Origin: Pirellulales bacterium
GTDB lineage: Bacteria; Planctomycetota; Planctomycetia; Pirellulales; JBGAPH01
Assembly (NCBI GenBank): GCA_046349955.1
Contig: JAXMBI010000030.1
Span: 17,302 to 81,301 of the forward strand
Direction: 5' to 3'
DNA length: 64,000 nt
Part shown: positions 52,241 through 61,843 of the stretch, in pieces
Numbering within the stretch: position 1 is the stretch's first letter
How the letters are laid out: each line of letters starts with the position of its first letter
Notes under the pieces: generated by a model
What the model was told of the DNA's origin: nothing
What the model saw: the letters and a program-made list of their open reading frames with translations, nothing else
The model's database searches: none
Made by a program: the position numbers and the translations under genes

Positions 52241-52352
52241 GGGCGTGGGGCGAAGGAATCGGGGCGCGGACCGCGCAGCCACCGAACGGGAGACCGCCGG
52301 CGACGCGCACGAATGCCCGATCGTAGCCCAAGACCCGCGAGGGTGGTAGCCG

Positions 52353-55300
52353 TTAGCGGCCGCCAAATCCCCCGCCGCCAAATCCCCCGCCGCCAAAGCC
52401 GCCACGTTGGCCGCCGAAACCGCCGCCCTGCTGGCCGAATCGCTGTTGGCCGCCGCCGTTCCGCGTGCCGCCCCCGCCTTGGCCCCGCGCGTTGGCGGCC
52501 GTGGGAGTGGCGCCGGCTTGTTGACCGAGGACGCGAGCGAGCACCTCACGCATGCTCGCGCCGTCGACGCTCCGTCCCAGCGGCACCACGGCGACGTTCC
52601 GCTCCGACGCGGCGCGGTCCACCTGCTTCACGAGCGCCAGGACTTCGCGAATCACGAACTCAGGCGCCGAGATGATGAGCTGGTTCGAGACTTCATCGAT
52701 CCCCAGCGAAAGCTGGCCTTTGTATTGCGGCCTCTTGGTGCTGGTCAGCTCGCCGCCGAGATAGACCACGCGGCGCTGTTCGCCCCCGCGGCCGCCCCCC
52801 TGCTGTTGGCCCTGCGCGAGGGCCTTGTCGTTCTCGCTCAGTAGGTCGCGGAAGACCTCTTTCACCACCTCGGCCACTTGCGTGGCCTTGGAGTGCTGGA
52901 TCTGCACCAGCTCGGTGCGGCGGGCTGACTGCGAGTCTTCAGGCTCGGGTTGATCGTAGAATTCGATCAGCTCCTCGATCGTGCGCAACTGCTCCGGTGA
53001 GGCGTGCTGCACGAGGATCGTGTTCGAGTCGAGGTCGGAAATGAGCTTGAGGGGCAGTCGGCGCGAGAGCCGCTGTTGCGGCGTCGCGCTCGTTCCCAGC
53101 GGGCGGCCGAAGCCCCGTTCCCCTTGCCGCTCGCCAAACCCGCCGCCGGTGAAGCCACCACTGTTGCCGCCACGCTGACCGGCAAAGCCGCGATTCGCCG
53201 CGCTCGCGGCGGCCGCGCTCGCCGGCGTCACGCCGAACACCTCTTCCAAGTTCATCCGCACCGTCGGCGCCCAGGCATGGCGCAGGCGAAAGAGGCGGAA
53301 GTCCTGCTCCGGTGGCGACAGCTCTTGCAGCAGCCGCTCCACGCGGTCGAGCGCCTCGGGATCAGGCGAGGTGACGATCACCTGGCCAGCGGGGCCTTCG
53401 GTGACGCGGACCGGCGAGCCGGCTTGGGTCGCCGCTTGCGCCGGCTCGTCAGCTTCGTCCGCTCCCTGGGCGTCGCTCGCAGCGGCCGGTGCATCCGATG
53501 GCTTTGCCACGGCATCGGCCGCCTTTTCCGCCTCAGCGGCCGGGGAGACGGGATTCATCGCCAGTAGGACCGGCGTTTGGGGGCGGGTCAGATCGGCCGA
53601 ACGGCGCCGTACGTCGTCCGGCGCCTCGGCAGCCGGCTCGGGCTTGTCGGCGGCGGGGGCGGTTTCGGTTCGCTGGCTGCCCATGCGGAGCGGCACTTCT
53701 TTGAGCGGCGGGCTCGCGCGCTGGCTGCGGCGCTCCCCTTCGGCCCCCTTGCGTTTGGCCTCGCGCGGTACGACCTCGAGCTTGTTGTCTCCCACGGTCG
53801 GCCAGAGCCGTTCGAGCTGGCGCAGCAACTCGTCGGTGTCGCCCGGCGTGCGAATGACGCGGACGTTGGAGTCGGTCGCGGGGCCGGTGCGGGCATCGAG
53901 CTTGGCCAGCAGCGTCTTTACTTCGTTCAGCTCGGCCTCGGTGGCCCACAGCAAGAGTTGGTTGCGCTCCACGTCGGCCTCGACGCGGAACTGGTCCTGC
54001 GGCGGTTGCCGCTCTTCGCCGCGGCGGCGCCAGTTGCGGCTCTCAGCAGCCTCGGCCGGCGCCGGGGCGCCGAGCATGTACTCGACGGTGCCGGCCACTT
54101 CGACGACGTCGAGATTCGCCAGCGGAATCACCTCGAAGCGTCGTCCCGCGGCGTCAAGCTGCGAGATGATGGCGCCAATCAGCATTTGATCGGTCGGGGC
54201 GGCGTAGGCGATCAGCGCGCCGTTGTTGTTGTCGGCCTCGAGTCGCGTGCCGGCGTCGAGGTCGCCACTGGTGCGCAGGTTGGTGAGAAGATCGACCACG
54301 CGCTCCGGATCGAGCCCGGGAAGCCGATACACGCGCATCCGCGTGGCGGCCTGCAAAGGCGAACGGGCGTTCTGCGGCGGCGCATCGAGCGCCTCGAGCG
54401 CCTGACGAATGAGCGCCATCTTGTCCGGCGGAGCATTCACCAGGATGCTGTTCTCTTGCTCATTGACCGCCATATACACTTCCGGCTGCTGCCGGTTCAT
54501 GCCCGGAGCGTCTTTGCCGAGCTGTTTGACCATCTCGGCCTTCATCCGCGTTTCTTCCATCGCCATCCGCATCTGCCCGAACGAGTTCGGATCGCGTGGC
54601 TTCTCCATACCGAGAAGCGCGCGGAGTTTGTCGCTGGCGTCGACGGCGCGGGCATGGCGGAGCTTGAATTCCTCGACCAACCGCTCCTGAGCGACCCCCG
54701 ATTGCTCGCGCTCGAGCAAGGCCTTGAGTTCGCGCAGGTTCACGACGGCGTCAACGGCTTCGAGCCGATTGGTGGCCTTCATCGGCGCGAGTTTGCCGAA
54801 TGGGCTGAGCAGGGGCTTGAGTTCCTGAGCGGCCGACTCGGCGACCAGCCACTCGAGCTTGAACGTGGTCCGCACGAACTCGTGGGCGTCGCGCTTGGCC
54901 AGTTGCTCGGGCTCGACATACGGAACCAAGCTCGCGTTGAGCTTGTCGAGTTTGACGACCGAGAGCACTTCGCCCCGTTTGAGCATAGTGAAGCCGCGGG
55001 CAAGCAGGTGCATGTTGATCAGGTCACGGGCTTCGTCGAGCGTATAGTCGCGCTGAGTTTCGAGGTTCAGGAAGTCGCCCGGCACCTCTTGCCAGTCAAG
55101 GCTCATGCCCGAGATTTCGGCTAACCAATCGAGAATCGAAGGCCACGACTCACCGCGGAAATTGAAGCGAATGCGGCCGTTTTCGCCGGGGGCGACTTCG
55201 AGCCGAGGGCCCGTGGGAGGACCGACCTGGTCGCGCGTCACCACCGGCGGACCCGGCGGCGTTGCGGGCTTCGCCTCTTCTTTCTTGACCTCTTCGGGTG

Positions 55301-55541
55301 CGGCGACGTCCGCCGGCTTCTCGTCGCCTGATTCGCCCCCCTCGCCGCGCGGACCTTCGCCTTCTCCGGCCGGGCGGCCGGGACCTCGGTCGCCCCCGCC
55401 CCGTTCGCCGGCGCCGCTTCGAAACCGCTCCCCACCCCCGCGCCGACGACCACCCTGCGCTTCGGCCTCGGAGGTCAGCGGCGAAAGCGTTTGCGACCAG
55501 GCAACGGCAGCAATGAGCACATACAGGCAAGGTCGAAGCAC
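52353..55541 (-). CDS. secretin-N (GspD N-domain) multi-repeat protein lacking a secretin barrel, with Gly/Arg/Phe-rich segments
   Basis: Signal peptide MLRPCLYVLIAAVAWSQTLSPLTSEA. At least 8 NolW/secretin-N-like alpha/beta modules are present, for example IRFNFRGESWPSILDWLAEISGMSL, LKLISDLDSNTILVQHASPEQLRTIEELI and LSLGIDEVSNQLIISAPEFVIREVLALVKQVD. The GVPxLxxxPxxGxLF secretin motif seen in the 1122-5408 protein is absent. The C-terminus reads GGQQRFGQQGGGFGGQRGGFGGGGFGGGGFGGR. Confidence 0.85.
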   Translation of the reverse strand: MLRPCLYVLIAAVAWSQTLSPLTSEAEAQGGRRRGGGERFRSGAGERGGGDRGPGRPAGEGEGPRGEGGESGDEKPADVAAPEEVKKEEAKPATPPGPPVVTRDQVGPPTGPRLEVAPGENGRIRFNFRGESWPSILDWLAEISGMSLDWQEVPGDFLNLETQRDYTLDEARDLINMHLLARGFTMLKRGEVLSVVKLDKLNASLVPYVEPEQLAKRDAHEFVRTTFKLEWLVAESAAQELKPLLSPFGKLAPMKATNRLEAVDAVVNLRELKALLEREQSGVAQERLVEEFKLRHARAVDASDKLRALLGMEKPRDPNSFGQMRMAMEETRMKAEMVKQLGKDAPGMNRQQPEVYMAVNEQENSILVNAPPDKMALIRQALEALDAPPQNARSPLQAATRMRVYRLPGLDPERVVDLLTNLRTSGDLDAGTRLEADNNNGALIAYAAPTDQMLIGAIISQLDAAGRRFEVIPLANLDVVEVAGTVEYMLGAPAPAEAAESRNWRRRGEERQPPQDQFRVEADVERNQLLLWATEAELNEVKTLLAKLDARTGPATDSNVRVIRTPGDTDELLRQLERLWPTVGDNKLEVVPREAKRKGAEGERRSQRASPPLKEVPLRMGSQRTETAPAADKPEPAAEAPDDVRRRSADLTRPQTPVLLAMNPVSPAAEAEKAADAVAKPSDAPAAASDAQGADEADEPAQAATQAGSPVRVTEGPAGQVIVTSPDPEALDRVERLLQELSPPEQDFRLFRLRHAWAPTVRMNLEEVFGVTPASAAAASAANRGFAGQRGGNSGGFTGGGFGERQGERGFGRPLGTSATPQQRLSRRLPLKLISDLDSNTILVQHASPEQLRTIEELIEFYDQPEPEDSQSARRTELVQIQHSKATQVAEVVKEVFRDLLSENDKALAQGQQQGGGRGGEQRRVVYLGGELTSTKRPQYKGQLSLGIDEVSNQLIISAPEFVIREVLALVKQVDRAASERNVAVVPLGRSVDGASMREVLARVLGQQAGATPTAANARGQGGGGTRNGGGQQRFGQQGGGFGGQRGGFGGGGFGGGGFGGR
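52359..52403. repeat. 15-nt tandem repeat (3 units) encoding the GGFGG tail
   Basis: GCCGCCAAATCCCCC occurs twice perfectly, followed by the degenerate unit GCCGCCAAAGCCGCC. It lies inside the 3' end of the 52353-55541 CDS. Confidence 0.8.
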
Positions 55542-55748
55542 GATGAAGCAACTCCTCTCGAGGGCCGCTCCCCCCTCAAGAGGGGACGCGTGCCGGCTGG
55601 ATCCGCAAGATCGAGAAAGTTTGTGGGTTGGCGGGGGACATCAGGCGGGCCTGCCCCTGTCGAAACCCCGCAACCTTGAACCCGAAGAGGGTCCCAAGGT
55701 TCCGCCCTGCAGGACGAAGTCGGACTCGCGCGAAAGAGGGCTTGTCAA

Positions 55749-55785
55749 CAAAAAAACGCGGCGGTCCCTGGGGGACCGCCGCGTT
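55749..55785 (-). terminator. rho-independent terminator after the PEP-CTERM gene
   Basis: 13-bp stem ACGCGGCGGTCCC / GGGACCGCCGCGT with a 3-nt loop. On the minus strand it is followed by TTTTTTTG. It lies about 40 nt downstream of the stop at 55826. Confidence 0.75.
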
Positions 55786-55825
55786 TGCGAAAACAATCAA
55801 GCGAGGTCGAACTCGCGAGCGTAGC

Positions 55826-56482
55826 CTAGCTGCGCCGACGCAGGGCCAAGCCCAGGCCGAGCGCGCCGCAGGCTGCCAGCACCAGGGTCGAGGGCTCCGG
55901 CACGGCGGGTCCGTAGGACTTCGCCTGGGTCACGCCGCCATCGATCACCGAGGCCAGCACATCGCCGTAGGCCGCGGCATTGGTCTGCAGGACCAACAGG
56001 CGGCTGCCGGTGCCCGGCGCCAGGAAGGCGGTCAGCGGATCGGCCGGGGTGGGGAGGAAGTTGAAGCCCACCACTTCGCCCGAGGGCTGACGATCGATCG
56101 AGCCGGGCACCACGCCCACGCTCGTCGACTGGTAGCTGGCGTCGACCGTCCAACCCGTGTAATCGGGCACCGACAGGCGGCCGATCGAGTTGGGGCCGGA
56201 GACGCCGTCGTTGGTGATCTCGTAGGTAAACGTCAAGCCGCCCAGGGCGTTCGACGGATCACCGCTGATCACTTTGGAGGTCAACACGCCACTGAACGCG
56301 CCAGCAGCGCTAAAAGGCACCGATTGCGAGGCGATCACCGCCCCGCCCGTGGGGTCCGCTTCGCCCGGCGACGGTACGAGCACCGTGCCGGACGGGAGCG
56401 CGGCGGCCGAAGCCGACCCCGCGAACGCAAGGCCGCACAGGGCGACCAAGCAAAAAAACAACGAAAACTTGCCCTTATTCAC
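55826..56482 (-). CDS. PEP-CTERM-anchored secreted protein
   Basis: The C-terminus GPAVPEPSTLVLAACGALGLGLALRRRS is a PEP-CTERM sorting signal. With GTG start 56482 the N-terminus is a classical signal peptide (MNKGKFSLFFCLVALCGLAFAGSASA). ATG 56524 is the alternative start. Confidence 0.85.
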   Translation of the reverse strand: MNKGKFSLFFCLVALCGLAFAGSASAAALPSGTVLVPSPGEADPTGGAVIASQSVPFSAAGAFSGVLTSKVISGDPSNALGGLTFTYEITNDGVSGPNSIGRLSVPDYTGWTVDASYQSTSVGVVPGSIDRQPSGEVVGFNFLPTPADPLTAFLAPGTGSRLLVLQTNAAAYGDVLASVIDGGVTQAKSYGPAVPEPSTLVLAACGALGLGLALRRRS

Positions 56483-56689
56483 AGATGTAGTCTCATCGAT
56501 TGAGGTAAGGGATAGGCCGGTCACATGGAGTCTAAGGTACTCCCCCCAGGTGGAATGTCAACCGATTCTTCCTGGTTTTCCAAATCGATCACTTATGCGG
56601 GCACCCGGCCAAGACTCACCCGAGTGCAGTCGCAAAGCCAATCCGAAAAAACACTTACGACTTCGAACGACCCCATAGTCCAGCAGGTT

Positions 56690-56718
56690 TTGGCAGTCTG
56701 GCGACGACGGGATAGAAT
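56690..56718 (+). promoter_or_regulatory. candidate sigma70-like promoter
   Basis: TTGGCA (56690-56695), a 17-nt spacer, then TAGAAT (56713-56718). It lies about 40 nt upstream of the TTG start at 56757. Confidence 0.3.
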
Positions 56719-56756
56719 GAGGACCTTATTCGCCACGCCCTTCCCGAGTCCCCACT

Positions 56757-57347
56757 TTGGCCCCCAAGAAATACTCGCGAAAGCGCCCCGCTTCCACAAA
56801 GCCCGCGAAGGCCGCTGCCCCCGGCCGTTCCGCAAGCGAGGTCCGCGCGCGATGGCTGGAAGCCGAGCAAGCCTGGGAGTTGGTCCATCCGCGCTGTGCT
56901 CTCGAGCGCGCCGAGGACCTCGAAGAAGTCGACCAAATGGTCGAGATGGGCGAAACCGAAATCGCCGTCGATGAACTGCGCTGGCTGCTTGGCGGTTGCA
57001 GCGACTTCATTGCGGCTCATTCCCGGCTGGGAGAACTGGCAATGGCCGACAACGATCTGCCGCTCGCCCGCGGACATTTTGGCCAGGCCTATCGAGCGGG
57101 CGAGCAAGCCATGCGGCGCGCCGGCAGCGGCGGGCCGCTCCCTTTTCGGTTGCCGGCGAATCAGGAATTCCATTCGGCGGGCAAGGGGCTCGTGGCCTGC
57201 CTGCTGGCGGTGGACAAGCGGGAGATGGCAGAACAGGTGGTCGAACAGCTGCTGCGACTCGACCCAAGCGACCCCTTGTTCGTGCGCGGATTGCTCGATC
57301 GTTCCGCGCCCGGCGACGCCCCCCAGTGCGCCCTGCCGCCGCAGTGA
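56757..57347 (+). CDS. hypothetical protein with a basic N-terminus and TPR-like helical body (196 aa)
   Basis: TTG start (MAPKKYSRKRPASTKPAK...), so the start is uncertain. GC3 is high. The body is a helical repeat (IAVDELRWLLGGCSDFIAAHSRLGELAMADNDLPLARGHFGQAY). I recognise no family. Confidence 0.6.
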   Translation: MAPKKYSRKRPASTKPAKAAAPGRSASEVRARWLEAEQAWELVHPRCALERAEDLEEVDQMVEMGETEIAVDELRWLLGGCSDFIAAHSRLGELAMADNDLPLARGHFGQAYRAGEQAMRRAGSGGPLPFRLPANQEFHSAGKGLVACLLAVDKREMAEQVVEQLLRLDPSDPLFVRGLLDRSAPGDAPQCALPPQ

Positions 57348-57372
57348 GGCTGCCGCGCTCGCGCAGCAATAA

Positions 57373-57400
57373 AGCGAGCGGGAATTGCTTCCCGCTCGCT
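57373..57400 (-). terminator. hairpin terminator downstream of rpoC (shared with the convergent gene)
   Basis: Perfect 12-bp stem AGCGAGCGGGAA / TTCCCGCTCGCT with a 4-nt loop. On the minus strand it is followed by TTATTGCTG. It lies 35 nt after the rpoC stop. Confidence 0.55.
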
Positions 57401-57434
57401 CGTAAGTTGCCGCTCGACGGAGATCCTGCTCGGC

Positions 57435-60400
57435 TTACTCGGACTTGCCTGCCGGGCCGCCGCCCAGCAGGGCCTCGAGGGTGCCGGCAGTGCTCGGGCG
57501 CTTCTGGCCGGCGCCGTTCTCGTCCTCCACCGAATCCAACAGCGGGAACGACTTCGACAGCGCCCGGTCCTTCTCGGCCTGGAGGGCTTCGAGCGCCTCG
57601 GGCCGGATGCGGACTTCCGACTCCTGGAAGGTGCGGAAACCGGTGCCCGCCGGAATCAAGTGGCCCAGGATCACGTTTTCCTTGAGGCCCACCAGGTTGT
57701 CGACCTTGCCGGCCAGAGCGGCCTCGGTGAGCACCTTGGTGGTTTCCTGGAAGCTGGCCGCGGAGATGAAGCTCGAGCTTTGCACGCTCGCCTTGGTGAT
57801 GCCCAAGAGTTGCGTGCTGGCCGTGGCGGGCTTGGGCCGCGTCCCCTTGGCGATCTCGCCGCCGAGGGCCTCGATCTGAGCATTCACGGCTTCGAGCGCG
57901 TCCTTCGGCACGACCGACGTCGGAGCGAATTCCGAATCGCCCTTCTCCGTGATCTTCAGGCAGCCGCTCAAGCTCTGGTTCACTTTGCGGAACTCGAACT
58001 TGTCCATCACGCTGCCGGGGAGCAGGGTCGTATCGCCCGGCGACTCGATGCGGACCTTGCGGAGCATCTGAGCCACGATGATCTCGACGTGCTTGTCGTC
58101 GATTTCCACGCGCTGGCTGCGGTAGACATTCTGGATTTCGCGCACCAGGTACTGCTGCACCGCTTCTTCGCCCGAGATCCGCAAGATGTCGTGCGGCACG
58201 AGCGGTCCATCGACAAGCGCCTCGCCCGCCCGCACGAAGTCGCTGGCATGCACCCGCAAGTGCTTGCCGTGCGACACCAGGTGCTCGCGCTCGATGCCCG
58301 ACTCGCTGCGGACGATGATCGTCCGCTTGCCGCGGCGTTTCTCACCCAGCAGTTCGACCTGGCCGTCGATTTCGGCGATGACCGCCGGGTCCTTGGGCTT
58401 GCGGGCCTCGAAGATTTCCGTCACGCGGGGCAGACCGCCGGTGATGTCCTGCGTTCCCGACACCTCGCGGGGGGTCTTGGCGAGCAGGGTGCCCGGGCTG
58501 ATCTGCTGGCCTTCGTTGACTTCGATGTGGGCCTTTTCCGGCATGTAGTAGAAGTCGAGAATCTTGCCGCTGGCGTCTTCGAGCACCACCTGCGGGTGCA
58601 GGTCGCCCTTGTGCTCCATGATGAGCCGGCGTTCGTGGCCGCTGGGATCCTTTTCGATCCGCATCGTGTGGCCTTCGATCACGTCTTCGTAGCGGACCTT
58701 GCCGCCGACCTCAGCCAGAATGGGGATCGAGTGCGGGTCCCACTGGCAGATGATCGCGCCCACGGCGATCTGGGCGCCTTCTTCGACCATGAGGCTGGCG
58801 CCGGCTGGAATCTCGTATTTTTCGAGCTCGCGGCCCTTGGGGTCGAGCACCGTGACTTCGCCGTTGCGGGTGAGCACGATGTTCTGGCCGTCGTCGTTGC
58901 GCACCACCTTGAGGCGGGTGAACTGCACTTGGCCGGCCTTCTTGGCGCGGATCTCGCTTTCCTCCACGGCGCGGGCGGCGGTGCCGCCGATGTGGAAGGT
59001 CCGCATCGTGAGCTGGGTGCCCGGCTCGCCGATGCTCTGGGCGGCGATGATGCCCACGGCCATGCCCTCTTCGACCTTGGCGCCGGTCGACAGGTCCATG
59101 CCGTAGCAGCAGCGACAGACACCGAGGGCCGCCTCGCAGGTCATGGGGCTGCGGACCTGGATCTTCTCCAGGCCGAGCTCTTCGATCCGGCGGGCGATCG
59201 TGGGCGTGATCATTTCGCTTTCGCGAACGATCACTTCGTCGGTGATCGGGTTGACGATGTTGGTTCGGCTCACGCGGCCGCGAATGCTGTCGGCCAGCCG
59301 CACTTCGACCTTTTCGCCGCGGTAGATCACCCCCTTGGTGATGCCCTGCGTAGTGCCGCAGTCCTCCATGGTGATCACCACGTTCTGCGCCACGTCGGCC
59401 AGCTTACGAGTCAGGTAACCCGAGTCGGCCGTCTTGAGGGCGGTGTCGGCCAGGCCCTTACGGGCGCCGTGCGTGGAGCTGAAGTACTCGAGCACCGACA
59501 GGCCTTCGCGGAAGTTCGCCTTGATCGGCGTTTCGATGATCTTGCCCGACGGCTTGGCCATCAAACCGCGCATGCCGGCCAACTGACGAATCTGTTCGAC
59601 GCCGCCGCGGGCGCCGGAGTGAGCCATGAGGTGGATTGGGTTCACATAGCCTGGGAAGCGATGGTCGTTCTCGAGTTCCTGCATCATTTCCGAGGTGATC
59701 CGCTCGCGGGCGTGGGTCCAGGCGTCGAGCACCTGGTTGTAACGCTCGCCCTCGGTAATGATGCCGCGCTGGTAGAGCTTGTGGATCTTGAGGACGTTCT
59801 TTTCGGCCTCGGTGATGATCTTGCCCTTGCTGGGCGGGGTCACCAGGTCGTCGGTGGCGAACGAGAGGCCGCTGTTGGTGGCTTGGCGGAAGCCGAGCCG
59901 ATTCATGCCGTCGAGCAGATCGATCGTGGCGCGGCGTCCGAGCAGCTGATAGCTGTCGGAGATCACCTTGGCCAGCTCGCTCGACCGCATGGGAATGTTG
60001 TAGAAGGGCATTCCCTTGGGCAGGATGTGATTGAAGATCACGCGGCCGACCGTGGTGTCGATCAGCTTGCCGAGCGCGTTCTTGCTCTCGTCTCCCTTGA
60101 GCTTGCGGTCCTTGGGCAGCCGCACGCGGATGGTGGCGTGCGTGTGCGCCACGCCCAGCGAATGCGCCAGCAACACCTCCTCGAGCGAGGAGAACTTCAT
60201 GCCGTCGCCCTTGCGGTCGTTGACGGCCATGGTGGTGTAGTAGCAACCCATCACCACGTCCTGCGACGGACTGATAATGGGCGCGCCGTTGGCAGGGCTG
60301 AAGATGTTGTTGGTCGACATCATCAGCGTGTGGGCTTCCACCTGGGCCTCGATCGACAGCGGCAGGTGGACCGCCATCTGGTCGCCGTCGAAGTCAGCGT

Positions 60401-61796
60401 TGAAGCCCTTGCACACGAGCGGGTGCAGCTTGATGGCGTTGCCCTCGACGAGCACCGGCTCGAAGGCCTGAATGCCCATGCGGTGCAGCGTGGGAGCGCG
60501 ATTGAGCAACACGGGATGGTTGCGGATCACCTCCTCGAGGATATCCCAGACCTCGTCGTCCTTGCGCTCGAGCATCTTCTTCGCGCTCTTGATGGTGTCG
60601 GCGTGGCCGAGCTCCTTCAGGCGGCGAATGATGAACGGCTGGAACAGTTCGAGGGCGATCTTCTTGGGCAGGCCGCACTGGTGCAGCCGCAGGCTGGGAC
60701 CGACCACGATCACGCTGCGGGCCGAGTAGTCGACGCGTTTGCCGAGCAGGTTTTCGCGGAAGCGGCCCTGCTTGCCCTTGATCATGTCGGTGAGCGACTT
60801 GAGCGGGCGGTTGCTCGACCCGAGCACGGGGCGCTTGCAGCGGTTGTTGTCGAACAACGCGTCGACCGACTGCTGCAGCATCCGCTTTTCGTTGCGGATG
60901 ATCACCTCGGGCGCGTTCAGGTCGACCAGCTTCTTGAGCCGGTTGTTGCGGTTGATGATCCGGCGGTAGAGGTCGTTCAGGTCGCTCGTGGCGAAGTTGC
61001 CCGAATCCAAGAGCACCAGCGGCCGCAGATCCGGCGGGATGACCGGGATGACGTCGAGGACCATCCACTCGGGCTTGTTGTCGCTGTCGCGGATCGACTC
61101 GACGATCTTCAGCCGATTGATCAGGTCCTTCTTCTTTTGCTTGGAGTTGGTCTCGGCCAAGTCCTGCCGGAGCGTCTTGGAGAGCTGCACCAAGTCCAGG
61201 TCCATGAGCAGCTTGCGGACCGCCTCGGCCCCCATGTCGGCTTCGAAGGCCTCGCCATATTGCTCGCGGGCGCCGCGATACTCTTCTTCCGTGAGCAACT
61301 GCTGCTTCTTGAGCGGCGTGTCGCCCGGATTCGTCACCACGTAGTCCTGGAAGTAGATCACCTTCTCCAGGCTCGAGGTCTTCATGTCGAGCAGGTTGCC
61401 CAAGCGGCTGGGCATGGCCTTGAAGAACCAGATATGCACCGTGGGCGCGGCCAGTTCGATGTGGCCCATCCGCTTGCGGCGCACGCGGCTGTGCGTCACT
61501 TTCACGCCGCAGCGATCGCAGATCATGCCCTTGTACTTCATGCCGCGGTACTTGCCGCAGGCGCACTCCCAGTCCTTTTCGGGGCCGAAGATGCGCTCGC
61601 AGAAGAGACCGTCCTTTTCCGGGCGGTAGGTGCGGTAGTTGATCGTTTCGGGCTTCTTCACTTCGCCGAAGGACCAACTGCGAATGTCGTGCGGCCGCGC
61701 CAGGCTGATCTTCACCGAGGCGTAGTCGTTGATCCGGTCGTAAGAGGTTTCGCCGATGCTCACGGTTGTGCTCCTAATCGGGAAACTCACCGGCAA
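57435..61796 (-). CDS. rpoC: DNA-directed RNA polymerase subunit beta'
   Basis: Zinc-binding [21 protein letters not shown], the catalytic [12 protein letters not shown] motif, and bridge-helix and trigger-loop regions are all present. 1453 aa. It lies directly downstream of rpoB. Confidence 0.98.
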   Translation of the reverse strand: MPVSFPIRSTTVSIGETSYDRINDYASVKISLARPHDIRSWSFGEVKKPETINYRTYRPEKDGLFCERIFGPEKDWECACGKYRGMKYKGMICDRCGVKVTHSRVRRKRMGHIELAAPTVHIWFFKAMPSRLGNLLDMKTSSLEKVIYFQDYVVTNPGDTPLKKQQLLTEEEYRGAREQYGEAFEADMGAEAVRKLLMDLDLVQLSKTLRQDLAETNSKQKKKDLINRLKIVESIRDSDNKPEWMVLDVIPVIPPDLRPLVLLDSGNFATSDLNDLYRRIINRNNRLKKLVDLNAPEVIIRNEKRMLQQSVDALFDNNRCKRPVLGSSNRPLKSLTDMIKGKQGRFRENLLGKRVDYSARSVIVVGPSLRLHQCGLPKKIALELFQPFIIRRLKELGHADTIKSAKKMLERKDDEVWDILEEVIRNHPVLLNRAPTLHRMGIQAFEPVLVEGNAIKLHPLVCKGFNADFDGDQMAVHLPLSIEAQVEAHTLMMSTNNIFSPANGAPIISPSQDVVMGCYYTTMAVNDRKGDGMKFSSLEEVLLAHSLGVAHTHATIRVRLPKDRKLKGDESKNALGKLIDTTVGRVIFNHILPKGMPFYNIPMRSSELAKVISDSYQLLGRRATIDLLDGMNRLGFRQATNSGLSFATDDLVTPPSKGKIITEAEKNVLKIHKLYQRGIITEGERYNQVLDAWTHARERITSEMMQELENDHRFPGYVNPIHLMAHSGARGGVEQIRQLAGMRGLMAKPSGKIIETPIKANFREGLSVLEYFSSTHGARKGLADTALKTADSGYLTRKLADVAQNVVITMEDCGTTQGITKGVIYRGEKVEVRLADSIRGRVSRTNIVNPITDEVIVRESEMITPTIARRIEELGLEKIQVRSPMTCEAALGVCRCCYGMDLSTGAKVEEGMAVGIIAAQSIGEPGTQLTMRTFHIGGTAARAVEESEIRAKKAGQVQFTRLKVVRNDDGQNIVLTRNGEVTVLDPKGRELEKYEIPAGASLMVEEGAQIAVGAIICQWDPHSIPILAEVGGKVRYEDVIEGHTMRIEKDPSGHERRLIMEHKGDLHPQVVLEDASGKILDFYYMPEKAHIEVNEGQQISPGTLLAKTPREVSGTQDITGGLPRVTEIFEARKPKDPAVIAEIDGQVELLGEKRRGKRTIIVRSESGIEREHLVSHGKHLRVHASDFVRAGEALVDGPLVPHDILRISGEEAVQQYLVREIQNVYRSQRVEIDDKHVEIIVAQMLRKVRIESPGDTTLLPGSVMDKFEFRKVNQSLSGCLKITEKGDSEFAPTSVVPKDALEAVNAQIEALGGEIAKGTRPKPATASTQLLGITKASVQSSSFISAASFQETTKVLTEAALAGKVDNLVGLKENVILGHLIPAGTGFRTFQESEVRIRPEALEALQAEKDRALSKSFPLLDSVEDENGAGQKRPSTAGTLEALLGGGPAGKSE

Positions 61797-61843
61797 GGTG
61801 AGCGGTCTTGTGCGGGGAACAGGGGAAACGCCGGGTCAAGCGG

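Noticed and set aside
52359-52403. Short tandem repeat considered as a possible CRISPR or minisatellite
   Set aside because: It has 15-nt units with no spacers. It lies inside a coding region and simply encodes the GGFGG tail. It is not a CRISPR array.
53577-55124. 515-aa plus-strand ORF opposite the secretin-N protein gene (and 53371..54189)
   Set aside because: It is an antisense or off-frame shadow with low-complexity Arg/Gly/Leu (or Ser/Ala) composition.
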